Part shown: positions 27,699 to 39,857 of the stretch, in pieces | Position numbering within the stretch: position 1 is the stretch's first letter | How the letters are laid out: the number at the start of each line of letters is the position of its first letter | Source of the DNA: Octopus vulgaris | Taxonomy: Eukaryota | Assembly (NCBI GenBank): GCA_951406725.2 | Contig: OX597818.1 | Span: forward strand, 102,114,001 to 102,178,000 | Direction of reading: 5' to 3' | DNA length: 64,000 nucleotides | Translations under genes and position numbers: made by a program | Notes under the pieces: model-generated | The model's input: the letters and a program-made list of their open reading frames with translations, nothing else | What the model was told of the DNA's origin: nothing | The model's database searches: none

Positions 27699-28942
27699 AG
27701 GTTGTTTCAAATGAAATGTCGCATTTTTAATTAGTTGTTATTCCAGTCATTTTAAAAGCAATTATATATACCTAGCATTTAATCTTGACTTTTTTCTTTA
27801 ACAACAGTATTGGTATGCAAACATTCGTACCCACAGAGCTTATGAAATGGATAACAACAAAACTATGTTGATTGATTTTCTCGTAGAAATACAAACTGGG
27901 TTATCTTGGTGCAGAAGCTCTACGGAATATCAAGTGGGCCTTTGGTAATGTTTTTGCAGACATCAGACCTGTTCAGACATGGTTCCATAGCTCACATTCG
28001 GGCGATGATAACCTTGAAAATGAACCAAGTGGTAAACCAAAATCAATTATTCGGCATGATAGATTAAATGCTTTGGCTGGACAAAGCTTCGAAAATATTC
28101 TTCAGAAATCCAAACATTACGCACGACTAGTTTTTGCACACCTCTAAAAAATTGCGAATCTCAAGAAAACGGACAGGGCTGTCCCACATAACTGACCAAG
28201 ATTCACAAAAAAAACCCAAAGTAAAACCAGACACCTCTAAATGTGCACCTTAATGCTTTCAAGACTGGAAAAATACCATTTTTGCATCAAATCATCATTA
28301 CTTTTCATAATAAATGGATACCCTTTGACAACATCAGGAGTCCAGGACAGTGATTAGATGCAGGAAAGTCACCCAATCACTACACAAACCCAACATTGCA
28401 CTCTAGAAAGTTAGTGGGCACTGTATGGTGGTCTATAAAGGAAATTGTTCATTATTCATTTTTGTAACAAGGCAAAACGGTAACAGCAACATCGTATTGC
28501 TGGGAAATTGATTGTATGCATGGGAATTTGAAATATGAAGCAACTCAGACTAGTCAATAGAGATGGTCCAATTTTGCCCCACAATTATGCACGTCCTCAT
28601 ACACTTCAACCAACGGTCCAAAAGTTGCAGAGCCTAAATTATGAAATTTTGCAGCACCTTCCCTTTCCACTTGTATCCCTCCTACTAATCATCACTTATT
28701 GTTTAGGTTTTCATAAGCAATAAAATAAACTTAAATAGAGAAGCGGTATATAAAGCATTCGGACAGATTATCACAGTTAAAGTTGATATATTTTTTAGAC
28801 ATGGAATATATGACATAGGGAAACGCTGGGTATATGTCATAAATAAATATGGAGCATACTTAAATTCCATAAATCAGTTCTCTAAGACATCTAAATATTT
28901 TATCGTTACATTTCAAATACGACAATTCCTGCGAAACAACTT
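27699..28942 (+). mobile_element. Degenerate mariner transposon, ~1.25 kb, with transposase pseudogene (~27847-28870)
   Basis: Imperfect TIRs AGGTTGTTTCAAATGAAATGTCGCATTT / reverse of ...TACGACAATTCCTGCGAAACAACTT. Peptides AEALRNIKWAFG, VQTWF..SGDDNLENEPSGKP, WIPFDN, TVWWS, LVNRDGPILPHNYARPH. Confidence 0.85.
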
Positions 28943-28984
28943 GATCTCTCTTTCTTTCTCTCTCCCTCTCTCTCTCTCTGTATG

Positions 28985-29019
<35 letters not shown>

Positions 29020-29340
29020 CTATATATGCGTGTGTGTGTGTGTGTGTGTGTGTGTACATATGCAGAAGTGCATGATTGTGCATATGTTTGTAAATATCAA
29101 TATCTATAAATTTGTTTCTCTCCATCTATTTCTGATTGCACGTATATTTGGTAGTCACACCTAATAATTTTTTATAAAAATATATTGACACTCGTGTCAG
29201 TGTGTATATGTGCGACTGTGTCTCTGTTGTTGGGGGAAAGATCATGTGAGTGTATCTATGACTTCAAAGGGATTCGTGAATAAAACACGAGTATCTCTCG
29301 TTATGTACACTTATGTATAGGTCTGTGTGTGTTTCTGAAC

Positions 29341-29382
<42 letters not shown>

Positions 29383-29436
29383 ATGTACGTATGTATATAT
29401 ATATATGTGTATGTATATATGTATGTATATATGTAT

Positions 29437-29739
29437 GTTAGTTAATTTTTGGGCTCAACAAGCAAAAAAGCAAGGCCATGTAGGGGGACATGGAGTTATG
29501 TACAGGGTGGTGTTCATGTAAAGAGTTCAGGCCACTTGTGGTCAAGGGAGCCTTTGAACCGAGCGGTCGTCGGCATCTTCACCATCTCGTCCGACAGCTT
29601 ATTCCACGGATCCGCAACCCGGACGGAGAAAGCCCCTCTCCTTCGATTGAGATGAAATCCTTGTAGATAGAGCTATTCGGAATGACCCCGCAGCCGACGC
29701 TCTGGAGCAGGAGTGAAGAACAGCTCCTTCGAGAGGTTA
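29437..29739 (-). mobile_element. 3' fragment of the same CR1/L2-like LINE family as 53078-54440
   Basis: Highly similar to 54140-54440 in reverse, including the (TAAC)n tail. Confidence 0.92.
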
Positions 29740-30136
29740 CCCATATGGATTGATTTTCGTTATTTTTCCTCTCTGCCTGCGTAGATTGTTTTCAAGTATT
29801 TTGGTTTTTCTGGAGTCTCTTTTTATAGTAGAAGAAATAGCTAAGGTTTTTTGACTGCTATTTTTAAACTTCGGTATGTGGTAAATCAAATCTTTGCTGA
29901 ACCCTAATTATAAAGTATATATATATGCATCATTCCGACATACAGATTTAAATTTTGTAGCATTTGATTCCGTGTCTGAAATATATATAAAACGAAATCA
30001 CTTATACATTAATTTAACATGCAAACCTTGTTATTCGTGTTTGTAAATGAAACATGTTATACTGAATAAATAATAGGAAACATTTACCCAATGTCTGCTC
30101 TTGCCATACACGCACACAGATAAACTTACGTGCGCT

Positions 30137-30213
<77 letters not shown>

Positions 30214-30698
30214 GTATATATATACCTAGATCTACTGTTAATAAAATGCCTATAGTGGAGCCGTGCATAGTGTAAGCTGTTTGTAATCACCTTTCACCAT
30301 AATATTGAGGTGTCTAAAATGCCTGCAGTAAGGTGACACTGCGTTTTTCCTCCTTGTAGATATATCTTGCAGAGAAGTATCATTATGTTGTTCATTTAAC
30401 TGTAAGCAGTTGACAAAGTTAGGAGTTATATAGGATGTGTTGTATAATTAAATTAAATGCTGAAATAATCAATAATTAAGTGTGAATCGTCTTTGCAAAT
30501 CCGTGGATCTGAACGCTTTTACCAAAGGCATCATTGAAGACATGAAGCAGTTTATAAATAATTAGCTATTTTATTTCATTAACGTGTTACATTAATCTGT
30601 CAGTTACTCCTTCCCCTGCACTCATTCGCTTTCTCTTTCACCCTCTCTGATTTACTTGCCAGAGGTATATATATATATGTATTTATATATATACATAT

Positions 30699-30732
<34 letters not shown>

Positions 30733-30791
30733 GGATAGCTAGATAGATAGATAGAAAGATATATATATAGATAGATAGGTAGATAGATAGT

Positions 30792-30845
<54 letters not shown>

Positions 30846-31802
30846 TACATGTATAAAGATAGATAGATAGCTATAGATATAGATGTAATCGTGCAAAAGG
30901 TAGATACATGCAAATATATATTGATAATCCAATTATCTGCAAATACGTTTTCTTCATGCATCTGAAGACACTTGAACGCCGAATAAATAGAATAAATTAT
31001 TGGCACACAATGTAGCAATATTCATTAAATCAAATTCAGAACAAACAGTTACAAATGGATCTAATTGATGGATTTGCCCAATATTTTCTCCTATGTCATA
31101 TATATGTACATATTTTAAATTTTTAGCTTTCATATTTAATATTACAAGCATATATTTCTAGTATTAGTATAACAAGGCTACTTCGAAACCTCCCTCACTT
31201 CACGATTATCTGATTCCCTTTAGGTCGAGATCTTCATTATATTTCGCAACCACTTTATTACTCTCGATACACCCTTACATGTTTGCTAAAGCTTGCCAAG
31301 GTGGTCGTTTCATCCCTTCATCTACCTGTCTTTACATATGCTCCCATTAAACTGTCTGCACTATCATACCTCAAATATACCGATTAATATATTTCTTCTC
31401 TACCTGTCTGTCTTTCCGGACTATAGTATAAGAGTCCTAGTCTTCCATCGGTCATACTCTATTCCAGACTGGAATATAGTAACTACCACTTTTCATCACC
31501 AGGGATTATTTTCCAACTATCTCAGTTGAGGCTTGTACTGGATATTATAAATAAATGCATTAGTCATTTGATCATGATTGAAACTAACACGTAGATTCTT
31601 TACTCTGATCCTTCCAACTTCTTCACAAACTGAAATACACTAATATCACGGATTATCTCTCAGACCTCCCTCTCTGATGACGGTTTACTAACCCCAAGGC
31701 ATATTCACTCCATAGGATGATCCAAACGTTTGGCTACTTTAGAAACCGCTGTAACCGACTATGTATAACTATTTATGTATCCAATTTTAAAGTATTTTTG
31801 AA

Positions 31803-31856
<54 letters not shown>

Positions 31857-31857
<1 letters not shown>

Positions 31858-32043
31858 GGTGATAGATCGGTAGCCACTACACACATTTTTCCTCTCCTTG
31901 TTTCTGTCTGTGTCCCTTTCTGTAGAAGAGCGTAGGGCTCGAAACGTAAAATACGTTCTCAATTCCCGAGCGTGATACTAATACATCTGTTTGTTTTCTA
32001 CACCATCTGTCTTCGTCTTTTGTATTTTTCATGAATTCCCCCT
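31857..32043 (+). mobile_element. Short repeat in (TA)n with a minimal hammerhead-like motif (31917-31951)
   Basis: ttt CTGTAGA a gagc-gtagg-gctc GAAA cg TA aaa. Its 3' end recurs twice in inverted orientation at ~62500-62670. Confidence 0.6.
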
Positions 32044-32099
32044 ATATATATATATATATATATATAGCAATAAATAAATGTCTGAACGAGATGTAAACA

Positions 32100-32528
32100 G
32101 GCGCAGGAGTGGCTGTGTGGTAAGTAGCTTGCTAACCAACCACATGGTTCCGGGTTCAGTCCCACTGCGTGGCATCTTGGGCAAGTGTCTTCTGCTATAG
32201 CCCTGGGCCGACCAAAGCCTTGTGAGTGGATTTGGTAGACGGAAACTGAAAGAAGCCTGTCGTATATATGTATATATATATATAGATATTTATATGTGTG
32301 TGTATGTGTTTGTGTATCTGTGTTTGTCCCCTTAGCATTGCTTGACAACCGATGCTGGTGTGTTTACGTCCCCGTCACATAGCGGTTCGGCAAAAGAGAC
32401 CGATAGAATAAGTACTGAGCTTACAAAGAATAAGTCCCGGGGTCGATTTGCTCGACTAAAGGTGGTGCTCCAGCATGGCCGCAGTCAAGTGACTGAAACA
32501 AGTAAAAGAGTAAAAGAGTAAAGAGTAA
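32100..32528 (+). mobile_element. Full-length OR-like CORE SINE
   Basis: Near-identical to 10676-11084, with A/B boxes and AAGAGT tail. Confidence 0.92.
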
Positions 32529-32569
32529 CCGCTCGACAACGTAAAGTATACTAGCCATCTCAATATGGC

Positions 32570-32765
32570 TAACCACAAAGGGTGGGCGTTACTGTAGCTT
32601 TAACCCCAGGAGATCATCGTCTCCAGCTGGCTTTAGGCACCCTATCTGTGCCTTTATGGTATTTGCAAAGGGAGGCCATCCCTTTCTCGTAAGCCTAAGT
32701 GATACGCACCGGACCGCGGTTTCGAGGTAGTTGCCTCTTGTAGACGAGCGGTAATCACCGGTTTA
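32570..32765 (-). mobile_element. Repeat fragment with a disrupted hammerhead (32708-32752)
   Basis: Minus strand reads accg [ctcgtctacaa] gagg-caacta-cctc GAAA ccgcgg TC cggt. All three stems are intact but the CUGANGA core is disrupted. Confidence 0.55.
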
Positions 32766-32864
32766 CGATGAAAAAGAAGACTTGTATGCAAATACTTAAA
32801 TGTTTTTCTAGTAACTTCCGTCATTGATTTGGAAAAACTGTCTTGAGATGGCTAGTATACTTTA

Positions 32865-32941
<77 letters not shown>

Positions 32942-32952
32942 GTGGTATATGT

Positions 32953-33020
32953 TTGGCTGATGAAGATAGATCAAGTATGTGTGTGCAGGCATATCTTGAA
33001 AAATCTGAAACCGGCTCCGA
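32953..33020 (+). ncRNA. Type I hammerhead with a single core substitution (U16.1 to C)
   Basis: ttgg CTGATGA (32957-63) agat...atct GAAA (33007-10) ccgg CT ccga. Stem II is extended by tcaag-tatgt/gcata-cttga. Confidence 0.7.
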
Positions 33021-33212
33021 TCCCACATTATCCTTTTCTAGGTATTTCATCCTTCAGATGTTCTCCCTGGAGGTAAGACAATTGTTTTCAAGTTTGTTGC
33101 ACTCACGCATTTTTGCTAGTACATACGCGGTGAAGCTATACATTAGCGTCGTATTATTACGTTCGCTATTTCCAGTAAATATCGGTACTTCGTTGTGCCA
33201 TGTATTTACTTC

Positions 33213-33314
<102 letters not shown>

Positions 33315-33370
33315 TATATATATTTATATATACATACATATATATGTATGTATGTATACAAACACACACA

Positions 33371-33436
<66 letters not shown>

Positions 33437-33658
33437 TCAATATAGGGTGGCAAAAAAAAATTTTGTAGAATTCTTTTGCCACCAGCGGCCTAGTAGGAAA
33501 AAATTAAATAGTCATAAACCATTTTTACGTTCAACATCACAATCAAGGAACGGCCATAATAGGCCATTCACCCACTAGAAATAACAGCCAAAAGCTTTAA
33601 CCGCAAAATAACATTAATTCCGTAAACCAGGAGAAAATTGAAAAACTTTTACCCTGTA

Positions 33659-33757
33659 ATTTCTTAGACGATGCACCGTTTCATCTACCGTTTAATGGTA
33701 AACTAACCTGATTAAATTAAATCAAGCCAATCCACCATAGACTCATCAGTAAGAAAT
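33659..33757 (-). ncRNA. Type I hammerhead, array copy 1 (8-nt deletion in stem II internal loop)
   Basis: Reverse complement reads ATTTCTTA CTGATGA GTCTA...TAGAT GAAA CGGTGCATCG TC TAAGAAAT. Confidence 0.9.
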
Positions 33758-34143
33758 AGCCAAGTCGGAACAGATATTCTTCACGAGGCATTCCTCTTGC
33801 TACCTCGGCAATATCTGACCTAAAATTTTCAAATCGTCGCACTCGCGCCAAATTTATCGGCAGCAAATAAACATAAGCCACCGATTCCATTACGGAACTA
33901 ACCAGAAAATTCATAATTAATCAATATAGGGTGGCAAAAAAAAAATTTTGTAGAATTCTTTTGCCACCAGCGGCCTAGTAGGAAAAAATTAAATAGTCAT
34001 AAACCATTTTTACGTTCAACATCACAATCAAGGAACGGCCATAATAGGCCATTCACCCACTAGAAATAACAGCCAAAAGCTTTAACCGCAAAATAACATT
34101 AATTCCGTAAACCAGGAGAAAATTGAAAAACTTTTACCCTGTA

Positions 34144-34250
34144 ATTTCTTAGACGATGCACCGTTTCATCTACCGTTTAATGGTAAACTAACCTGATTAA
34201 ATTAAATCAAGCCAATCCACCATAGGCCCTTAGACTCATCAGTAAGAAAT
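34144..34250 (-). ncRNA. Type I hammerhead, array copy 2
   Basis: Same motif with intact core. Confidence 0.92.
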
Positions 34251-34636
34251 AGCCAAGTCGGAACAGATATTCTTCACGAGGCATTCCTCTTGCTACCTCG
34301 GCAATATCTGACCTAAAATTTTCAAATCGTCGCACTCGCGCCAAATTTATCGGCAGCAAATAAATATAAGCCACCGATTCCATTACGGAACTAACCAGAA
34401 AATTCATAATTAATCAATATAGGGTGGCAAAAAAAAAATTTTGTAGAATTCTTTTGCTACCAGCGGCCTAGTAGGAAAAAATTAAATAGTCATAAACCAT
34501 TTTTACGTTCAACATCACAATCAAGGAACGGCCATAATAGGCCATTCACCCACTAGAAATAACAGCCAAAAGCTTTAACCGCAAAATAACATTAATTCCG
34601 TAAACCAGGAGAAAATTGAAAAACTTTTACCCTGTA

Positions 34637-34743
34637 ATTTCTTAGACGATGCACCGTTTCATCTACCGTTTAATGGTAAACTAACCTGATTAAATTAAAT
34701 CAAGCCAATCCACCATAGGCCCTTAGACTCATCAGTAAGAAAT
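34637..34743 (-). ncRNA. Type I hammerhead, array copy 3
   Basis: Same motif with intact core. Confidence 0.92.
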
Positions 34744-35350
34744 AGCCAAGTCGGAACAGATATTCTTCACGAGGCATTCCTCTTGCTACCTCGGCAATAT
34801 CTGACCTAAAATTTTCAAATCGTCGCACTCGCGCCAAATTTATCGGCAGCAAATAAATATAAGACACCGATTCCATTACGGAACTAACCAGAAAATTCAT
34901 AATTAATCAATATAGGGTGGCAAAAAAATTTTGTAGTATTCTTTTGCCACCAGCGGCCTAGTAGGAAAAAATTAAATAGTCATAAACCATTTTTACGTTC
35001 AACGGAATTAATGTTATTTTGCGGTTAAAGCTTTTGGCTGTTATTTCTAGTGGGTGAATGGCCTATTATGGCCGTTCCTTGATTGTGATGTTGAACGTAA
35101 AAATGGTTTATGACTATTTGATTTTTTCCTACTAGGCCGCTGGTGGCAAAAGAATTCTACAAAATTTTTTTTGGCACCCTATATTGATTAATTATGAATT
35201 TTCTGGTTAGTTCCGTAATGGAATCGGTGGCTTATATTTATTTGCTGCCGATAAATTTGGCGCGAGTGCGACGATTTGAAAATTTTAGGTCAGATATTGC
35301 CGAGGTAGCAAGAGGAATGCCTCGTGAAGAATATCTGTTCCGACTTGGCT

Positions 35351-35457
35351 ATTTCTTACTGATGAGTCTAAGGGCCTATGGTGGATTGGCTTGATTTAAT
35401 TTAATCAGGTTAGTTTACCATTAAACGGTAGATGAAACGGTGCATCGTCTAAGAAAT
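35351..35457 (+). ncRNA. Type I hammerhead, array copy 4
   Basis: Stem I ATTTCTTA (35351-58) / TAAGAAAT (35450-57). CTGATGA at 35359-65, stem II at 35366-35433, GAAA at 35434-37, stem III CGG-TGCA-TCG. Predicted GUC cleavage after 35449. Confidence 0.92.
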
Positions 35458-35842
35458 TACAGGGTACAAGTTTTTCAATTTTCTCCTGGTTTACGGAATT
35501 AATGTTATTTTGCGGTTAAAGCTTTTGGCTGTTATTTCTAGTGGGTGAATGGCCTATTATGGCCGTTCCTTGATTGTGATGTTGAACGTAAAAATGGTTT
35601 ATGACTATTTAATTTTTTCCTACTAGGCCGCTGGTGGCAAAAGAATTCTACAAAATTTTTTTTTGCCACCCTATATTGATTAATTATGAATTTTCTGGTT
35701 AGTTCCGTAATGGAATCGGTGGCTTATATTTATTTGCTGCCGATAAATTTGGCGCGAGTGCGACGATTTGAAAATTTTAGGTCAGATATTGCCGAGGTAG
35801 CAAGAGGAATGCCTCGTGAAGAATATCTGTTCCGACTTGGCT

Positions 35843-35949
35843 ATTTCTTACTGTTGAGTCTAAGGGCCTATGGTGGATTGGCTTGATTTAATTTAATCAG
35901 GTTAGTTTACCATTAAACGGTAGATGAAACGGTGCATCGTCTAAGAAAT
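35843..35949 (+). ncRNA. Type I hammerhead, array copy 5, with core mutation CUGUUGA
   Basis: Same fold, but CTGTTGA at 35851-35857. Confidence 0.85.
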
Positions 35950-36067
35950 TACAGGGTAAAAGTTTTTCAATTTTCTCCTGGTTTACGGAATTAATGTTAT
36001 TTTGCGGTTAAAGCTTTTGGCTGTTATTTCTAGTGGGTGAATGGCCTATTATGGCCGTTCCTTGATT

Positions 36068-36127
<60 letters not shown>

Positions 36128-36355
36128 CATAAGGAAAATACGTCAAGATAGGAAATGCTAAAATAATTTTATCATAAGAACCATTTTAGCTCAGGTTTCA
36201 ATTTTTGAGAATTTTTCAACAATTAAAATTTGGGAAGATTAAATGAAAAGTTTTCTAAAAAAATATTAACATCATGGGAATTTTCCTTGTTTGTGTCGGT
36301 TTCTGTCTCTCTTTTTTACTCTTGTGGGTTAGCGGTCGTTGTGAATTCTCGGTAG

Positions 36356-36478
<123 letters not shown>

Positions 36479-36975
36479 GGAAATAGAATTAATAATTAAT
36501 AATTTTACCAAGTAGTTCGGTATGTTTAAAGAACTATCATCGGTATATTATTATTTTCTGTGTCTCTCTTTCTACATGTATGTGACTATGTGTGAGAGTG
36601 TATGTGTGTGCATTGTCATACTTTGTATATAGAGATGTATTTGTTTGTAAGTTTGTTTGTCTTTGCGCGTCTGTTACGTACGTAATTAAACACACGCATA
36701 CATCTACACGCACATATACATATGTGAGGAGAACGGCTACAGGTCAAACAGTTACGAGGATGCTCCAATGTATGTCAAAAAATTCATGTATCATTTAAAT
36801 TTCAAGTTCTTAATTAAGGCAGCAGTTGCAAGGTTCCAAGCTAGTTACAATTTGTTCATAATTGGTTTCTTTACACTGCATAGAAAAACAGAGACATGCT
36901 ACATATATATAACAGCTTAAATAAATAGAGATTAATGTATATTTTTTTTGATGTACATAAATTTTTGTTTAAAAT

Positions 36976-37720
36976 ATGAAAAAATTATTGCACTACAGAA
37001 CAAATGTAGTTTCTCCAGAATCTCCTATAAGGAGCATTGCAGAAAAGCGAAGACGAGAGTCTGAAGAGAGAAGGGACATGAGATTTTCTCAAGATCAGCA
37101 AAGGCATGGTGCAGTACGTCAGATGGGGTCCCAATACAGAAGGGACATGGAACTTTCCAAAGAGCACCAAACGCATGCTGCAGTACGTCTTATGGGGTCC
37201 CAATACAGAAGGGAAATGGAACTTTCCAAAGAGCACCAAACGCATGCTGCAGTACGTCTTAGGCAGTCTGAAGAGAGACGGGAGAGAAGACTTTTCAAAA
37301 TCAGCAAAGGCGTGCTGCAGCATATCTGATGGAGTCTCAAGACAGACGAGAGATGAAATCTTCTCAAAATCAGCAAACGCATGCTGCAGCACATCAAATG
37401 GAGTCTGAAGACGGAAGATAGATGGGAATTTCTGAATATCAGAAAAGGCATGCGGCATTACGTCAGATGATGTCTAAACAAAGAAGGGATATGAGACATT
37501 TCTTAGATCAGCAAGGGGCATGTTGCAGCAATTTATGCAGAATCATTGAAACAACATTTAGCATACCAGGTTACACAGTTCCAATAGAATAGTTCTCAGA
37601 ATTCTTCACAATTCCTAGAGCTGATTTCAGATATGTTCGATCCCATTCTTATGAAAATGATAACTATACAGTTTGGTGTATAAAAATCAAATTGTTGTTT
37701 ATGCAAAGATAGACTTTCCG
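36976..37720 (+). pseudogene. Helitron Rep/Hel N-terminal relic with 63-bp (21-aa) charged repeats
   Basis: ESEERRDMRFSQDQQRHGAVR-type repeats, followed across frameshifts by RADFRY...IQFG...CCLCK. This resembles the Helitron AFxYD...IGxM..CxxC region that follows such repeats. Confidence 0.65.
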
Positions 37721-37844
37721 TATCAACTGCTTCAACATAATTGTAATATATATTTATATATTTATAAACTATGCTTTTATTGATCCCGAGAAACACCGGA
37801 TAATGCATGTATAAATGTATATATCTAGATATATGCATTTAAAT

Positions 37845-37965
37845 TAGCGGTTTGGTAAACGAGACCGATAGAATAAGTACTAGGCTTACAAAGAATAAGT
37901 CCTGAGGTCGATTTGCTCAACTAAAGGCGGTTCTCCAGCATGACCACAGTCAAATGACTGAAACA
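37845..37965 (+). mobile_element. 3' fragment of OR-like SINE
   Basis: Matches 10938-11057. Confidence 0.85.
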
Positions 37966-39766
37966 TATATATATATGTATGTGTGTGTACATATATATAT
38001 ATATATATATGTATGTACACGGATACATATATACATGTATTTATGAATACATTTACATATCTTTTCCCGTGTATCTGAGCATGTGTGTGTCCGCCCGTGT
38101 GTTTATTTGTTTGTAAATACCAATGTCTGTTTAATCAAACACAAACGCATGCAGAGTTATAGCGTCTATGCCATATGATCAAATGCCTTCCTCGGAATGA
38201 AACAATGAATGGTCATTTTGACAGTGTTGCTGATCTTATACGAATCACTCATTTTGCCTTGTATCACGCTGTATCTTATGAATCTGCCTAATATTTTATG
38301 TATGATCCGTTCAGTAACACATTTTTGCGGAGTCGATATTTACTTAACTTTGAAACTAAAAGCAAACAATATTTACAGTGGAGTAATATATATTGGTTCA
38401 TGTTGATTGCGGTAATCATTATTCTCCCATCTACAAAATTAATGAATACGTTCTGATTATTTGCCGGTATTATCTACGAAAAATAACAAAATGTTGGTAT
38501 TGATTCTGCTGTTTAATATATATTTAATACAGTTGAAATATATATATATATGTTTATGATTGATTTAGGCATAAAAAATCCAACCAATATAACACGATTA
38601 ATCACATTACATTTTATATCAATTGATTTAACGCTCAGTAGGGGATATTTATGTCATGTGTTAGTCGAAATTATATAGCCTGCAGGTTCGAATGTGTCTT
38701 TCGTTCTCTGTTAGTAGGGAAAATTATTTTTATTTGAAAATGACATCGTTAGAACTCGGTGATATGTGGCAAATAATTTATGTGGAATTTTGTCGAAGTT
38801 TAGAAATTAATGTTAATTTTTCTATCTGGTTATCTATATATTCAAGCTCTTTAGACAACATAGTAAACATATCGGTCCGATTTGATAGAATGAAACTATA
38901 CATACTTTACTGTCGTTTGTGATAGCACTAAATGTATAATGGCTGTTATACAACAAGAAAAGGAACAACAATAATTCTGTTTTGCATATGGGGAAAAGTC
39001 TGAAATGTTGAGTGAATACGCTGATCAATTACATCTGTCTCACTGTTCACCTCGTATTTATTTAATCGACCTCGAGAGCACGAAACGCAAAGGCCGCGCT
39101 AAAAATGTAACCACTGCAAGTCGTTTGTATTACTGTGTATTTTGTTATAGAGGAGACTTCAAATTCAAATTCTTCTTATGCACTCTAAATTTATTCATAT
39201 TAGAGGAAAAGTGTATAATATAAAAAGGATCTACAGATATCGTGCAAACATATATTCTATAAGTCAAATTTCAGCATATATTGAATATTACAGAGGGACG
39301 TTTTCTCTTTGAAAAACCGGTGTAGAATGAAACATCAGTACTTGCCTTTATTGTAATAGCTACAAATTATTTTAAAAGTAGTATTTGTATCATAATTGAG
39401 ATAATCAGGATCTATCCCGCTTTGTTGTTAAATACAAACAATTCTGGTTTCGTAAGCGGAATTTTCGGAGAGATTGTATTTTCACTATTTAAAATACATA
39501 AATGTATTTTTAGTATCAACAAATGTTCAATAAAACAAACAAGTGTTATGCATTATACAGAATGTTATATGAGACTATGATACACAAATATATAGAAACA
39601 TAAAAACACACACAATAAGTATTTGTATGTATATGTGTCTGTGTGTGTGTGGATATTTTTATATCTGTATGCCAGTGCGTATGTCCCAGTGGGTCGTGCT
39701 TGTGTACAACTTATGATTCATCTAATATCCCCATATTTATATATTATTGGAAACAATAAAACTTCT

Positions 39767-39857
<91 letters not shown>

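Larger units (their letters stand above)
33432..36072. mobile_element. Retrozyme-like array: ~493-bp near-identical tandem units, ~3.2 units in one orientation then ~2.2 inverted, each full unit with a type I hammerhead
   Basis: Unit starts at 33432, 33916, 34409 and 34902. Orientation switches at ~35002-35003. Both outer ends abut (TA)n. Confidence 0.92.

Noticed and set aside
31668-31760. CTGATGA followed by a long stem
   Set aside because: GAAA and stem I cannot be placed without assuming a deletion. At most a decayed relic.
35194-35394. 66-aa ORF MNFLVSSVMES... repeated five times
   Set aside because: It recurs only because the unit is repeated, has no recognisable motif, overlaps the ribozyme and is frameshifted in one copy. 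Translation from the RNA is not strictly excluded.
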